Assembly (NCBI GenBank): GCA_008632985.1
Contig: QPGO01000016.1
Coordinates: forward strand, 530,840-594,839
DNA length: 64,000 nucleotides
Source: Psammoneis japonica
Lineage: Eukaryota
Reading direction: 5' to 3'
The notes beneath the pieces were generated by a model. That model had not been told where the DNA came from. It searched no databases and saw only the letters and a program-made list of their open reading frames with translations. Below are positions 12,089 to 24,999 of the stretch, in pieces. The position numbers and the translations under genes were made by a program. The stretch's first letter is position 1, and the number at the start of each line of letters is the position of its first letter.

Positions 12089-12959
12089 GCTGGATGGTGG
12101 GTGGTGAATGCCAGATGGTGGACGGCGGATGCTGGTGCTGGATGCTTGATGGTGGATGCAGCATGGCAGATGCGGGATGGTGGATTGCGGGTTTGGAGAA
12201 GCTTTTCATGATTGGAGAATGGCTGTGCCTCATTGAGTCAACCAAAGGATTTTGGGTGGCCTTTTCTTGAAGAGTTTGCAACACAGTCATATGTGGCCCA
12301 TGGCTGGCACAGTGAATTCATTTAACATGTGCTCAAAATGGAGAACAATTTTTTGGTTTCATCACCTTTGAAGTTGCTGTTGCTGGCACAGGTCAGGTTG
12401 GGAGGATCTCAAGGAGAGGCGCCATTGGGGCCAACCTGTGGCAACAGAGAGGTTGTCATGGCAACAAAGCTGCAGCACAAACACACATGCAGAATTCCAC
12501 ACAGATCTCACCAATGTGAAGCTGTGCAGAAAAGTGGGCAGGGAAGGCAGAATGGCAGCAGATTGGGTGCTTGTTGCTGGATGGCAGATTGTGGAAAGTG
12601 GATCGCAGATGGTGAATGGTGGGTGCTGGTGGCGGGTGCTGATGGTGGGTTCAGGATGCTGGTGGATGGTGGACAGTGGATGGCGGATGGCAAACACCAG
12701 CTGGTGGATGACAGATGGGGGGTGCTGGATGGCAGACAATGTTGGATGGTGGATGATGCAACTTCCATCACTCACATGGTGGCTTTCCAAATCACCAGTC
12801 ATTGCACTCTGTCATTTGGTCTGGCACAAAATTGACTGTGGATGATTTCAGGCATGTGTGCCACATTTGCAGCAGCAACACTTGTGCACTGTTTCTCACA
12901 TGCCAGTGTCATGCCATCCTCTCAAAACTTGGTTCTCATGCAACACTGTTTGCTGACTG

Positions 12960-13700
12960 CCTTCCCCAGCTCTGCAATTGTGTTGTTGAGATCGTCTGCT
13001 GCTGAGAAAGCCCAAAACCTTCCCAGCTGTCCTTCACATGGGTTTGGGGCACTTTTGCACTTCAGCATGTGTGAAGCTGGTGGGTTTCAATGAACCACAG
13101 CTCTTGTGCTTCATTTGTCCACAGCATCCACCCCCCTCTGTCTTGTGCAGCACTTGGCAGTTGCGCTGGCACCCAGAGCTCTGCATCGCTTTTGAGTTTT
13201 CACCACCTTGAAACTTGAAAGTGCCTCATCCGTCCAAAGCACCCAACCCCTCTGTCTCATGCAAAACAACACTCTGGGTGCTGGGCAGCTTCCTTGGCAC
13301 TCCCAACTCTCCTGTCATGCACTTTGCCAGCTCTGCAAGCATTTCTTTCAAGTTTGCTGCTGAGAAAAAGCTCAAAACAAGTGCGCTCGGTTGGTGCACC
13401 CCCCCAACTTTCCTTCACATGGCTGGGGCCGTGTGCAAAGCAGGAGGGTTTCAATGAATCACACTTGCACTTTATTTGTCCAAAAGCACCCCCCCCCCCC
13501 CATCTCATTTGACTCTTGGCAGTTGCCTTCTCCCCCCACTCTCCCACACGACCACAAAGGCAGCTCTGCACATGCATCTGTCAAGCCCGCCAAAAGGTCA
13601 AAAGACGTGCACTCAATTGTTGCACAACCTCCAAACAATGGTCCTTCACATGGTTGGGCCACTTCCTTGCACTGTGAAGCAGGAGGGTCTCAATGAATCA
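12960..13700. repeat. Three degenerate direct repeat units
   Basis: cagctctgca...ccttcacatgg...aagc.gg.gggt.tcaatgaa recurs three times. Confidence 0.75.
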
Positions 13701-13901
13701 ATGGCCCTTGTCACTGTTTCGACTCTCTTGTGTGGCATTGTCGATCGAGCACCTCCTCATCGTTCGAAATGTCAATTTTAGTCCAAGATGTCGAATCAAG
13801 AGTCGCGATCTACTTGACGGAGATTTCGAGAAGACTGACCATGATGACTATCGCAGCCGTCGACAACGCATAGAATGTCGTGTAGATAGCCTCCCAATAT
13901 C

Positions 13902-15104
13902 ATGAAATCTTCTTCTTCACCCCCATCTCCATGGGTTGTCCACTCGGCTCTTGTGGTAGGACAAGTCTTTTTTGGACTCGGAAGTGTCATTGCGTCTCTT
14001 GGCCTTCCCGCTTGCAATCCCTTTGCCTTTTGTTTTTATCGAGAGGCCGCTGCAGGCATCTTGTTATTATCCGCCGCGAGTTTCGGGAATGCAAGAAAAC
14101 GACGAGCGCAAAGTAGCAGTAGTGGTGACGATGAAACAACAACACTTCATCCCGCCCCTCCTACAACACGACTATTACTGACAATGATACTATCCCACAA
14201 GCGACGGTTTCTTGTTCTGGGTTTGTTTATATTTGGCAATCAAGCGGCCTTTGTGGCGGGTCTTAAATTGGCTGGTGGTGTAGCCAGTGCCGTGTGGCAA
14301 CCCACACAACCCATAATGACGGCGTGTATTTGCATGGTGTGTGGATGGGAAACCTACAATATCCGCCGAGTATTGGGAGTCGGTGTGGCCTTTGTGGGAT
14401 GTGCGTGTATGGTACTGTGGAGTGTTGTGCAAGCCCAAAAGGAAGATGCTACTGCCACTGACAGTACTTTTACCAACACAAACCAACATCAACTTGCAGG
14501 ACACTTGTTGTTGTTTGTCAATTGCCTGTCGACGTCACTTTATGTGATTGCATCCAAACGATTGTTACGATTGGGACTTGCACCATTGGTGGTGACCGCC
14601 TGGTCCAACAGTGTTGCAGCCGTGTTTATGGCTCTCTGTACCTGGCTCGTGGCACAATCGGATACCCTCATGATGCTTGCATGTCCCGACTGTACTGGTT
14701 CCACATGGCACATTCCCCCGGGGGCATGGTTTGCTTTGTTTTATTTTATACTCTTCAACACGTGTGGGGCCCATGCAATCATGACATGGGCCAATCAATA
14801 TGCCACGGGAACACTTGTCATGGGATATACAGTCCTGCAGCCCGTCACGGCGGCACTCTTGACGGGATTGTTGCTGAGTATCAAGTTGGTTCCGAGTTGT
14901 ACAGACAGCAGTGCTGTCAATCATACTACTACTACTACTGCGAGTTGTTTGGATCCACCAGGATGGGGTACAGTCATTGGTATGGTGGGAGTCTTTGGTG
15001 GATTGTGTTTGGTGATTACGACGGAACCAAAACAACGTAGTGAGGCCACGACTGTGTATGAAAGGGTGGAACGAGGAGAACAACCACACAAACGGATAGC
15101 ATAG
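13902..15104 (+). CDS. EamA/DMT family transporter (WAT1-like)
   Basis: 400 aa, ~10 TM segments, two EamA-like halves (NPFAFCFYRE, WQPTQPIMTA, YTVLQPVTAA). Confidence 0.88.
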   Translation: MKSSSSPPSPWVVHSALVVGQVFFGLGSVIASLGLPACNPFAFCFYREAAAGILLLSAASFGNARKRRAQSSSSGDDETTTLHPAPPTTRLLLTMILSHKRRFLVLGLFIFGNQAAFVAGLKLAGGVASAVWQPTQPIMTACICMVCGWETYNIRRVLGVGVAFVGCACMVLWSVVQAQKEDATATDSTFTNTNQHQLAGHLLLFVNCLSTSLYVIASKRLLRLGLAPLVVTAWSNSVAAVFMALCTWLVAQSDTLMMLACPDCTGSTWHIPPGAWFALFYFILFNTCGAHAIMTWANQYATGTLVMGYTVLQPVTAALLTGLLLSIKLVPSCTDSSAVNHTTTTTASCLDPPGWGTVIGMVGVFGGLCLVITTEPKQRSEATTVYERVERGEQPHKRIA

Positions 15105-15187
15105 TAGTCGACAGAGCCACGGAATGGACGAGGACGTTGAAAGAGAAAAGAGTGCGGAAAGGACGTCTATTATAACGTGAGGGTGAC

Positions 15188-15495
15188 TGTGGAATGGGTG
15201 TCTGCTGGTGTTGGAATTTCTGTTGGGAACCCGTTTCGAGTAGTTCCCAAGTTTGTACCTGTAAGCATTGCGAGGCGTGTGGGTGGTTTTATTGTCGCTG
15301 TCCGTTGGGCATTCCTTTACCGCAGACTTGAATCAAATTTGGCTACTTTCCTTCACCTTCCTTGGCTTTTCATCCACGCATTGTCGTGTCAAGAATACCA
15401 GCTGGCTAAAATGAAATATGTGTACTATAAAATATATCTAAGGGAGTTGGAGACCGCAGTCACATACACCGCGATCAAGTGATAAATCCAGGATT
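15188..15495 (+). pseudogene. Orphan copy of MBOAT 3' end and downstream sequence
   Basis: Aligns with 9794-10097 (gtggaatgggtgtctgct...ccacgcattgtcgtgtcaagaat.ccagctggctaaa...aaatccaggatt). Confidence 0.85.
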
Positions 15496-15535
15496 CATCA
15501 ATGACTAGGAGCTTACCAAGCTACCTTGTCTCAAA

Positions 15536-17643
15536 TTATTCTTCGTCACAGCTCTCGTCTAGAGTTGCTGGTGTGGGTCCGCTCTCTGTCGCCTGCACGT
15601 CATTTGTACTGGGCTCGGCAAGTGAGCTCTCTTGATCTGCGTTGTTGTCTCCACTCTGTTCTTGATCAGCCGCCTCTTCCTGCTGCTCATTGACGGTCTC
15701 CTGGATCTCGTCTTCGGCGTCTCGAGTGGTCGTATCGGTATCTTCGTTGCCCTCTGCGTCGTCACTGGTCACGTCTCCTCCCTCTTCTTGATCAAGGGCT
15801 ACAGGAGTAGCGGCGTCTGTAGCATCTGCTTCGACAATAGGTTCTTCTGAAATAGTGCCGACTTCCGGTTCCGGCGACTCAGATTCAGCGGCCTCAGTTT
15901 CCTCGTTCTGGTTATCAGTTTCAGTCTCTGCAGCGCCTTCTTCACGTGTCGCTTCGTCAGAAGCTGGCTGCTCGTCTTGCGTCTCGGCGTCACCATCCGT
16001 ATTCTGTTGCTCAGTATTCTCAGATTCACGAAGACTCATTGCAATCGCCAAGGCCATTTGTTCATCTTCGGTAATACCTCTCGTTAAAAGGCCACCAAGC
16101 ATGGAACGACTACTGCTGCCTCCAAAACGCTGTGACTGATTCCTGCGTCCAAGCCTACGAGAAGAACCAAGAAAACCCCTTCCGGATGCGTTCTCTGAGC
16201 TCTCATCCGAACCCGAGCGCCGCGAGAGATAGTCTTGAACGACTGGAAAGCCGTCCCGTGCATGCTGAGCCGCATCGAATTCGCCACCTTCGCCAGCATT
16301 TTCCGTTTCTGAATTTTGCTGGTGCTCCATACTAAGGATGAGCGCCGCTTCCAGTACCACCAAATCATCCAATGTCTGAACTTCACCATTGCCGCCTCTC
16401 TCAAACGCTTCCACAATCTCATTCCAGTCACGACGAGATCCGTCTCTGTTCATCAAAGGATCATTAGAAAGACGACCTCTGCGACTGCTAGATCCAAAAC
16501 GACTGCTCAGTAGGCCTGCAGTCCGAAGGCGTCCACTGTTGTTGCTGTAATATTCCTGAACGTTGGCCAAGCGCCTTTGTTCCGCTTCTGACTCCATCTG
16601 CCGAGATAGAGGATGACTGAGCTGCGCTCTCATTTCGGTTTCGAGAGCGCGGCGGTCGTCCTGAGTAAGAGACAATTGACGAAGAAGAGCTTCTTCTCTA
16701 AAGTCCTTCGACGGCGGATCATCCGACGACATACTTTCCGAGCGAGCTCGCATCCTTTGGACCATTTCATCTCGTTCCAAAGACGACCCAAAGCCTTGGG
16801 TTGGCGATGCAGGAACTCCCACGGCAACGCTCGATCCCACTTCCTCCCCGCGAGCTCGAGCATTGAGAAGTGCTTGCATCGCTCGTTGCTCTTCTGCCTC
16901 GCGCTCTTCGATTTCGTCCGCCTTCAAATTCTTTGCGACAGCCACCGTCATCTTTTTATCGTTGCAGAAAGGACACGTGCTACTCTTTTCCTTTTGTGGT
17001 CGCACCTGAAGATAACATTCCGTGCAGATATTCGCCTGGCAACATTTTGTGACATTGATTTGCGAATAGTTTAAAAAGCAAATCGGGCATTCTCGATCAG
17101 AAGGTGTCCTTCTGTTTTCATGACCTTTCTTTCTTGCTGCGAGCCTTCCATCACCAATCAGTCGTCTGATTGCTTTGTCATCCCATTTGCAGTCTGGATA
17201 CAGTCTGAAACCCAAAAAAGTTGAACATCGTGAGAAGGCGAACGAAGAAGCAAGAGGTGCGAAGGGTCATTCAAGCAAAAAAGGGCAATAATGATTTCGT
17301 CAATGAGTTAAATCAAGCCGACGTCATGGTACGACAAAACAAGATATATCAAATGTTCATGGTTAAAGGTCTTTATGAACATTACGACCAGATCAAAGTA
17401 TTCCCACACATTCATTCATGAATGACGAATATTACGTGTATTTATGCCGTTCAGACATTCTCGGGAAATCAAAAAGGAACCGCGCGAGAAAACGAGACTT
17501 CGCCATGAAGGAACTCACCCGCTTGGCTGACACCGCTTATCGAGCTCAGCCTTGGATAAACCTAATGCGCCACGTCTTCCACCAAATCCAATGGGTCGGG
17601 GGCCGCCAGTTGAACCCCCTTCCCCGGAGGGATTGTTTCCCAT
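15536..17643 (-). CDS. RING E3 ubiquitin ligase, Sip5/GW2/DA2-like; exons 17643-17519 and 17204-15536
   Basis: MGN myristoylation-type start; splice gives PSG|LYP; CPICFLNY...CCQANICTECY...CPFC; UIM-like EDEQMALAIAMSL; acidic tail. Confidence 0.88.
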
Positions 17644-18248
17644 GGTGCACTTTTTTAACAACTCGGCCCCGCAACCCGCAGTTGTTGTGTCGTGCCTTGG
17701 CCGATTTCCGCGAACGAACCGCGGAATTCGTTCACGTACGTAGTTCTCAGTACGATTGTACGTAGGTGTCACGCGACGTACTGGGAAATCATGTGGATTT
17801 CTACATGCGACATCCGTACGTTCATTTTCGTACGTTTGAACAGTCCAAAAGCCGAATTTGAATCCCTCACTCCTCGCTCAAGGTATCATAGTTTAGTCGC
17901 CCCGCAAGAGAGTAACCTTACTGTTGCGGCAATCGCTAGCTAGTGGTAACCTCTGAAATCACTGGAACCACTCTGAACACAGGCAAAAGTGCTATCTAAC
18001 ATGATACTAGAGATATACACTAAAATACTTCTAATAGAGTAATTCTGGGATTGGAACTGAAGTCTAGCATGCAGTAATCCGTAGCAACTTCTGAAACGTG
18101 CACTCGAGTCCACCACCACCATCCGATCTAACAAGATTGTGACTGGTTGACGTGCTATGTAATCATACATTTCTAACCACCATGTATCACTTGCCACAAT
18201 ATCTAAAACGGACTTCCTTCCCGCCTTGCTGAAACGCCAAATGGAGAA

Positions 18249-19178
18249 TCATTTCTTGAGAAACGATTTAACAATCGCAAAACTACCAGCCATTGCACTC
18301 ATGCCAACTGCAGCAAGCACCACCAAGGCAGATCGCACAGCTCGCTTGTGCTCTTGAATCAGCGTCGGCGGAAAGTCACGGGTATCCGGCTTGACCTTGG
18401 CCAGCAAGGGCGCATAGGTTTCTTCTCCTTCACCGGGTGGCACATTCATGGCCGTAAGTGTGCATCGTGCCGCATTGGGATAATCAAGACAATCGACACA
18501 AAGTGTGGCAATATCGGATCGGGCCACTTTTGTAACTTGCAGATTTTGACCATTGTCTGCCAAGGCCAGGACTTTGTCACCCTCGACGCTTTCCACCAAC
18601 ATGCCGGGTCGAATAATTGTATAATCTACATCTGGATTGGATCGTAACAATTGCTCCCCCTCATAGTTCCACGCCTTGCCCATGGCGCCAAGCATATTGA
18701 TTATAATGCTGATGGGAGACCACGGGTCCTCTCCTTTTCCGGAAATCCGAACAATACGTTTGCACGTTTTACTCGCAATGGCAGCGTCCAAGACATTTTG
18801 GACCGCGACATAATTTATGGACTTGCCGTGGGTAGGATCGTTTTGTTCCGAATTGGTAAACAAATCCGTCATTTTGGCCATGCGCGTCGGTCCAAACAGA
18901 CAAAAGCATGCCGTGCATCCCTCGAGCAACGTCGTGAGAGCACTGCTAGCGTCCGTCACGACGTTTCCCTTGATGAGTTTGACATGATCCAACGATAAAA
19001 GGTATTGTGCCACTTCGTACGAGGAAGCGTCGGGACTCAATTCCTTGCTTGGCACGGATGGTGGATCGCCACGAACAAGACACTTGACGTGAATGCCACG
19101 AGAAGAAAGAATCTTGACAACTTCTCGACCAATTCGACCAGTGCCTCCAATGACAGCGACTGTTTCAGGCTTTGACAT
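18249..19178 (-). CDS. NAD(P)-binding Rossmann protein (NmrA/atypical SDR-like) with C-terminal TM
   Basis: VAVIGGTGRIGR, YTIIRPG, VARSDIA motifs. Confidence 0.88.
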   Translation of the reverse strand: MSKPETVAVIGGTGRIGREVVKILSSRGIHVKCLVRGDPPSVPSKELSPDASSYEVAQYLLSLDHVKLIKGNVVTDASSALTTLLEGCTACFCLFGPTRMAKMTDLFTNSEQNDPTHGKSINYVAVQNVLDAAIASKTCKRIVRISGKGEDPWSPISIIINMLGAMGKAWNYEGEQLLRSNPDVDYTIIRPGMLVESVEGDKVLALADNGQNLQVTKVARSDIATLCVDCLDYPNAARCTLTAMNVPPGEGEETYAPLLAKVKPDTRDFPPTLIQEHKRAVRSALVVLAAVGMSAMAGSFAIVKSFLKK

Positions 19179-19565
19179 GGTTTCAAACAAGGGTAGGATA
19201 GAGAGTAACGACAGTGTATTGAAAGGAAGCGATTTCTTGTGAACTCGCTTTCAACAATCAACACGTGACATGCTTCCAAATTCCGCGAAAAGATTTTTTT
19301 GATTTTTGATTCGTTCGACTTCAGTCGTGCATCGTCACCACTCATAGTGACGTCATCGTAGGACAATGGAATGTGTGGATTTCTACGTGATTTCTGATTC
19401 CACCTGTCACCGAATCTTTTGAAAATTTTGATAACGATCGCGCAAAACACACGTTTGTGCTCTCTTTTCACTCCATTCTTCCCAAACCTAAAACGGCATC
19501 ACACGAACGAGTTGTTGCCATTCTTATTGTATCCTCTCTATTGATTGTGTTGGATCACCATCATC

Positions 19566-20730
19566 ATGGATATGAGAATGGGCTTTGATAAAGAGGAGGT
19601 GTCGTCTCTGAATAGCAGAGACACCTTTTCGAGCAAGCATCAGTTGAGTATTGCGAGCGACAACAACAAGCTCAACAGCAAGGCCAACAATCTCCAACTC
19701 CACGGTGATTACATTCGTGTCGAAACGGGTGTAGGAGAGGACGATGATGATGATACCGCTTTGGATGAATTTGATCAAGACGACAATGATCTCCCGTGCT
19801 GTCGCTGGTGGAATCGTAACATCATGGAGGACAAGTCGTTGGGTTGGGGCGGTTCCGATGTTATTGAAGTTTCGGGTGTCAAGTTTTTCAAGCTGCTAAT
19901 TTGGACTTATATTGGAATTATACTCGTACACTTTCTTGTGCGATGGTTGGTGAGTGAAACATGATGGAAAGGCAGTATCGATTTGTGTCTTTCTCATCTC
20001 ACCATTGTTATTTCGTTTCTTTTGTGCAGGATTACGAACACGATGAAAACTATTCTCTCAAAGACATGATTCTGTTTGACTCCAATCTCATCATTCTGGA
20101 TGTCATGACCTTCTTTATGGTTGGCCGTTTATTCCATCAAAAAGGCATTGACCACGCGGCGTGGCTCGGCATTGCCCTTGTCGCTTCGGTTTACGCTTCG
20201 TGGTCAAAACGCTTTTCCTTTTTACGGCATTCCTTTAGTCTCTACTCGATCCATTGCGAGTGGCCCTGGCAGTTATGGATCTTTGTTGCAATCATTGTAC
20301 CCCTCTCTTTGGGTGTCATTGCTTGTCATTTGCGCTACGCGGCTCGTGAGAACCGTTTCAAACAAAAAGTATTCGAGTTTACCATGGGATGGGTGTTTTT
20401 TGTCTTTCCCTTTGTCAATTCTCCCAATTTTCATATCCATCATTGGTATGCCTGTTGGGCCTTGGGCATGCACGCCAATATCGACACGTGGTGGTCCCGG
20501 GCCACCATGGCGTGGTGTTGGGGCATGTACATTAACGGCATTGCCGTCTATGGACGAGACCCCGTTTTGACGTGTGCTACTGCCTTTTACTACAGTACCA
20601 ATCAAAATTGTTCCTTTATGGAATGTGCCTCCAACAATACGTTTGTGGACGAGTCGGCAGCGGCGGCGCAGACGAATTATGCTGAAATGGTTGTACCGAT
20701 TGGCGTCACTGTACGGGCTACTCGCCCTAG
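19566..20730 (+). CDS. Multi-pass membrane protein of unknown function (HIHHW motif); intron 19950-20029
   Basis: Splice keeps frame (WL|DYE); several TM segments; FHIHHWY; probable 1-bp deletion near the end (PDWRHC). Confidence 0.75.
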
Positions 20731-21285
20731 TAGAGAATGAGAAAAGCGCAATTTGTGGAAGACAAGCTTTCAGTTGCGCAATGATTTTGTGTGTTTTGAT
20801 GTATGAGTATACATGTTGGTTAAAGGATTTAGATACACAGTGTTAAAAAGAAACAAGGGGTTTTGTAAAGTATGTAGTCGGTATGCTCTAGCTCTGACAT
20901 CAAGAAGTAACGCACCGAATGAACAATTGAGCTACAAATGCGCTCTAGTAGTCGAAAGAGTTGGTCAAAGAGTTTCCATGTTGGCTTTAGAGCCATTGGC
21001 AGGTGCAGTTGGTGTCTCTGGGAGAGCAACAAAGGACGCCACGGATTCGGGTGGTCGTCTCGTCCCAGTTGACGGCATCTAAGCCGTTCTGGCTACTTGG
21101 CATGCGTTTTTTTCGTAACCTCTATATCTTTTATTTTAACATTGCCTTCTGTCTTTCTTTCGCACATTGTATAATAGAAATGGTGCTACCTCGCTGTCGT
21201 TGTGTGTGTGTGTCTTGTGTGTGGTGTGGTTCTGTCTTGTGTTTGTGATTGGGGATCACAGAAAATGATTTTGCATAGCTTGTTT

Positions 21286-21838
21286 TTAGTATTCATAATC
21301 ATTTTGTGGACGAAAGGGTGCTCCCTGAACATCTTGTCCGTCGGGTCCCGTGACACCCACAGCCCGGGTACGTCCGGTATCATCCGTCTCAACCTTGTAT
21401 TCGACCCGTTCCCCATCGGCCAAGGAACGGAATCCTTCGGTACGAATCGCAGTCTGATGAACAAAGACATCGGCCGATCCATCATCCGGAACAATGAAAC
21501 CAAAACCCTTCATGGTGTTGAACCTATAACAAAAGTTAAGAACAAGAGAAATGATATTTGAGAAACAAACATTGATATAGACAAAGCGAGAGCAACCTTG
21601 CATTTCTTTTTTCTCAGTCGCCACCATTCAAAACAAAAACAGCCTTCATAACCTGATATATCCAACAATCATTTTTCCTTCGCTTTTCTTACCACTTGAC
21701 AGTGCCTGCTTGCACGGCACCTTCCTCATCCGACATGAAAAGACGGGTTGCAACACGTTGATGTGTGGTTGGCACAAAGGCCGAGCTTGTGCCAACAATG
21801 GCAGCAGCAACGACGGAAAGGAAGGTAGAGATACGCAT
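21286..21838 (-). CDS. Plastid-targeted cold-shock domain protein; exons 21838-21693 and 21523-21286
   Basis: [15 protein letters not shown]...DVFVHQTAI (RNP1/RNP2); signal peptide ending SSA-F followed by a transit-like peptide. Confidence 0.93.
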
Positions 21839-22187
21839 CGTGATGGGGAAGAAAAAGAAGTGATGGAGAAGCAACGAGCGATGCGTTGTTGAGTGCGAGT
21901 GCGTGCGTGGTGTGAGATCCTTGGTGGGATGGACAGGCTGAAGAAGAGGAATCTGGAATCCATATCTTTGAAATTTGTTCATTTTTGGCGGGAAATGGAA
22001 CTTCAACAAACATAATCTTATTTATGAATGAATAGCGTTAATATCGCATTGGAGGCAAGCCGCGAAAGAAAAAATGAGGACGTGTTCGGGTTCACGGCGC
22101 AGCTAGAGTAGCACCACAACAAAGACTTATTGAGGCGTTGCTGTAGAGCATTGCTAAACTACAATCGTCGCCAACGAACGCACCATC

Positions 22188-23797
22188 ATGGACGCTCTTC
22201 TCGAAGAGCTCAAGACGCACGAGCCGTGGCATTTAGTCGTTGGAGGCTTGACGCTTGCCTTTGTCGTGAATTGCATTGTCGATTCCATTACCCGCAAAGT
22301 CCGTCATCAGCCTCCCTTTTATTACGAGTTTCCCTACATTCCATGGTTGGGAAGTTTGTTTCAATTCGCCACGGGTCCACGTGAATTCCTCCAGCGCGCA
22401 GCGCTGCACAACAAGGATGGGTGTTTTACAATCCAACTCTTTGGAAAGCCAATGACCTTTTTGACGGGAAGTGAGGGACACGGACACTTTTTTCGGACCC
22501 GCGAGTCGGTTTTTGATATTCGTGAGGCATACGCCATGACAACCATTACCTTTGGACCCGGCGTATGTTATGATTGTCCTCAAAAGATATTGGCACAACA
22601 AGTGGGATTTTTCAAAAATGGGTTGAGTGACAAGTGTTTTGTCGATTACATGCAACTCGTACAAGAAGAAGCGGCCATGTATTTTGAAAAGCAATGGGGA
22701 AACGAGGGTGAAGCGTGTTTGCTGCAGACCTTGTCGGATCTCTTTACGCTTACCAGTAGTCGGTGTTTGTTGGGGGATGAGATTCGTTCCAAATGGGATT
22801 CGTCCGGCATGGCGGAGCAGTACATTGCGTTGGATCATTCCTTTGTTCCTATTTTGTTTTTCTTTCCCGGTATTCCCAATCCGCACAAGTCGAAATGCGT
22901 CAAGGCGCGGGAGCTATTCAAGAAGATGTTTCAAGAAGTGATTGAAGAGCGTCAACAGAATCCTCCGAAAGAACGTCCCAATGACTTTTTGCAGGTGCTC
23001 ATGGAGGCCACCTACAAGGACGGCACCAAACTGTCCATGACGGAAATCACGGGCATCATGATTGCCGTTTTGTTGGGCGGACAGCACACGTCCAATGTCA
23101 CGGGAACGTGGACCATGTGTCACTTGCTTCATTCACCGGAATGGATTCGAGCCATTCTCAAGGAACAAGACGTATTGTTTCAGAAAAAGAGCGGTCTTCA
23201 TCCGGCGAGGCTGTCGTACGAACAAGTCCAAGAAATGCAAGTCTTTGACAAGGTCTTGTCGGAAGCTTTGCGGTTGCATCCACCCTTTTTCCAATTGTCT
23301 CGTGCCGTCAAGGAAGATTCGAAGTTCAAAGGTGAGACTGAAAAACGCTGAAATACAATTAATCCATACTATCGACTTGTGTGAGAGAGACATGTTGCCT
23401 CCTCGCACACGCTCACAATGTGTACATTTGCTTTTATATAGATTACACCATTCCCAAGGGCCACTACATCAACATTTCCCCTGGCGCCGCTCATCGTCTT
23501 CCAGAATTATGGGGAGACGACGCGGAACGGTTTGACCCAGAACGCTTTGCGCCCGAAAACAAGGCCAATCTCAAACCCTACTCGTGGATTCCCTTTGGAG
23601 GTGGAATGCATCAGTGCAGTGGACGCAAGTTTGCGTGGAATTCGCTCAAGGTGACCTTGTCGTGGTTGTTGCGGAATTACGAACTGGAATTGGTTGGAAA
23701 GGGTGCCGAGTCACTTCCCAAGGAGGATTACACAACCATGGTGGTGGCTCCAAGTACGGCTCACACGCGTGTGCGGTACAAGAGGCGTTTTGTCTAG
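22188..23797 (+). CDS. CYP51: Sterol 14-alpha-demethylase (cytochrome P450 51); intron 23332-23441
   Basis: EAY..T.ITFGPGVCYD, GGQHTS, EALRLHPP, FDPERF, FGGGMHQCSG heme motif. Confidence 0.93.
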
Positions 23798-23954
23798 TAG
23801 GCTAAGTCTCTAGACAACAGACGCAAATTCTTGAATTAGACTTGACGAGTTCACAAAGAGATTGGTAACAAGAAACAAGTTGACTAACAAAACGAATTAG
23901 TATGGGGCGAATCCGTTTAGTTTCGTTTCGTTTCGTCAGCAAGATAGTACTCTA

Positions 23955-24866
23955 TCATGAATCACTGCCTTTATCAAACATGGGAAGCGACCACTTGTTT
24001 AATCCGCCCTTGTACTCTCCAGGCATGTGTTGTGTATCACTGTACAATTCCATTTTCCAATCCTTGCTGTTGCTACTGTCTTGTCGTGAAAACATGGTCA
24101 ATCCGCCCATGGCCCACGGTTGCATTGAAGCATCGTCTCTGCCACTCAAGTGATATGCAATGGCTTGATCACACGGAGCATGACTCACAATCGCAATGTT
24201 CGTCTCGTCTTGATGTTGTTTTAGAATAGCTTGCATGGTTTTGGCACATCGTTTCAATAAATCTTGTTGGGATTCCTCCACGAAATCATGACCACCACAA
24301 AACGCATTGACACTTGGATACGACGTATCGACTGTATCGTACAGTTCCTTTAATTCTTGTGATGTTCGTGGTTTTGTCAAGATACCCTTTTCATCCATCA
24401 ACAAGGAGGGAGTTTGCCATTCCGACAAGCCTTCTTCGACTCGAACGACGACAGCGTTGTTGTTGCTGCATGCACTGGCAATCAAGTGCCCGGTGTGAGT
24501 GGTGCGTTGAAAGGGAGAGGCATACACAACCGCAGGTGCATCGGGGCTGTTTGCAATTCGTTGTGCAATGCATTTGGCATGTTCTAAACCTTCGGTTGGA
24601 TCAATGTCACCTGCACATATATAACAAGAAACAACAACAAACCATTATAGTCACACTGTTGATTCATTATTTGATTGGTGCAAATTTTCTCGGTGCACCA
24701 TACTCACTGTCATAGGGTCCTTGTTTTCCACAAGCGGAAATTCCGTTTTTCCATAGCGAACGATCCATACACATTGACGAGTCATATCTTTAGCAGTGGA
24801 ATAATGTACAAGAGAAGAGCACAAGCGAAACGACAACAACATGAAGAAAACAAGCAGTGGACGCAT
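23955..24866 (-). CDS. Histidine phosphatase/phosphoglycerate mutase-like protein; intron 24611-24707; one apparent frameshift
   Basis: WIVRYG (RHG position), VYASPFQRTTHT, VEEGLSEW, IVSHAP; N-terminal signal-like sequence. Confidence 0.8.
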
Positions 24867-24999
24867 TCGTTTTCGCCATTGTCTTGTGTGAAGAATCTCG
24901 CGAGATTCATAGATTCTTCAGAGTGTCAATGTGATTTTGGACTGTTATGTTAAATTTTGATTTGCCGAAATCTCCCTCCGACCGTGCGCCTTACAGACA

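Larger units (their letters stand above)
10100..13720. repeat. TpA/CpG-depleted degenerate repeat block
   Basis: Only about 10 TA dinucleotides seen by eye in 3.6 kb; internal direct and inverted repeats; no recognisable protein. Confidence 0.85.

Noticed and set aside
5145..13700. CRISPR-like interpretation of the direct repeats
   Set aside because: No unique spacers, no cas genes, eukaryotic context
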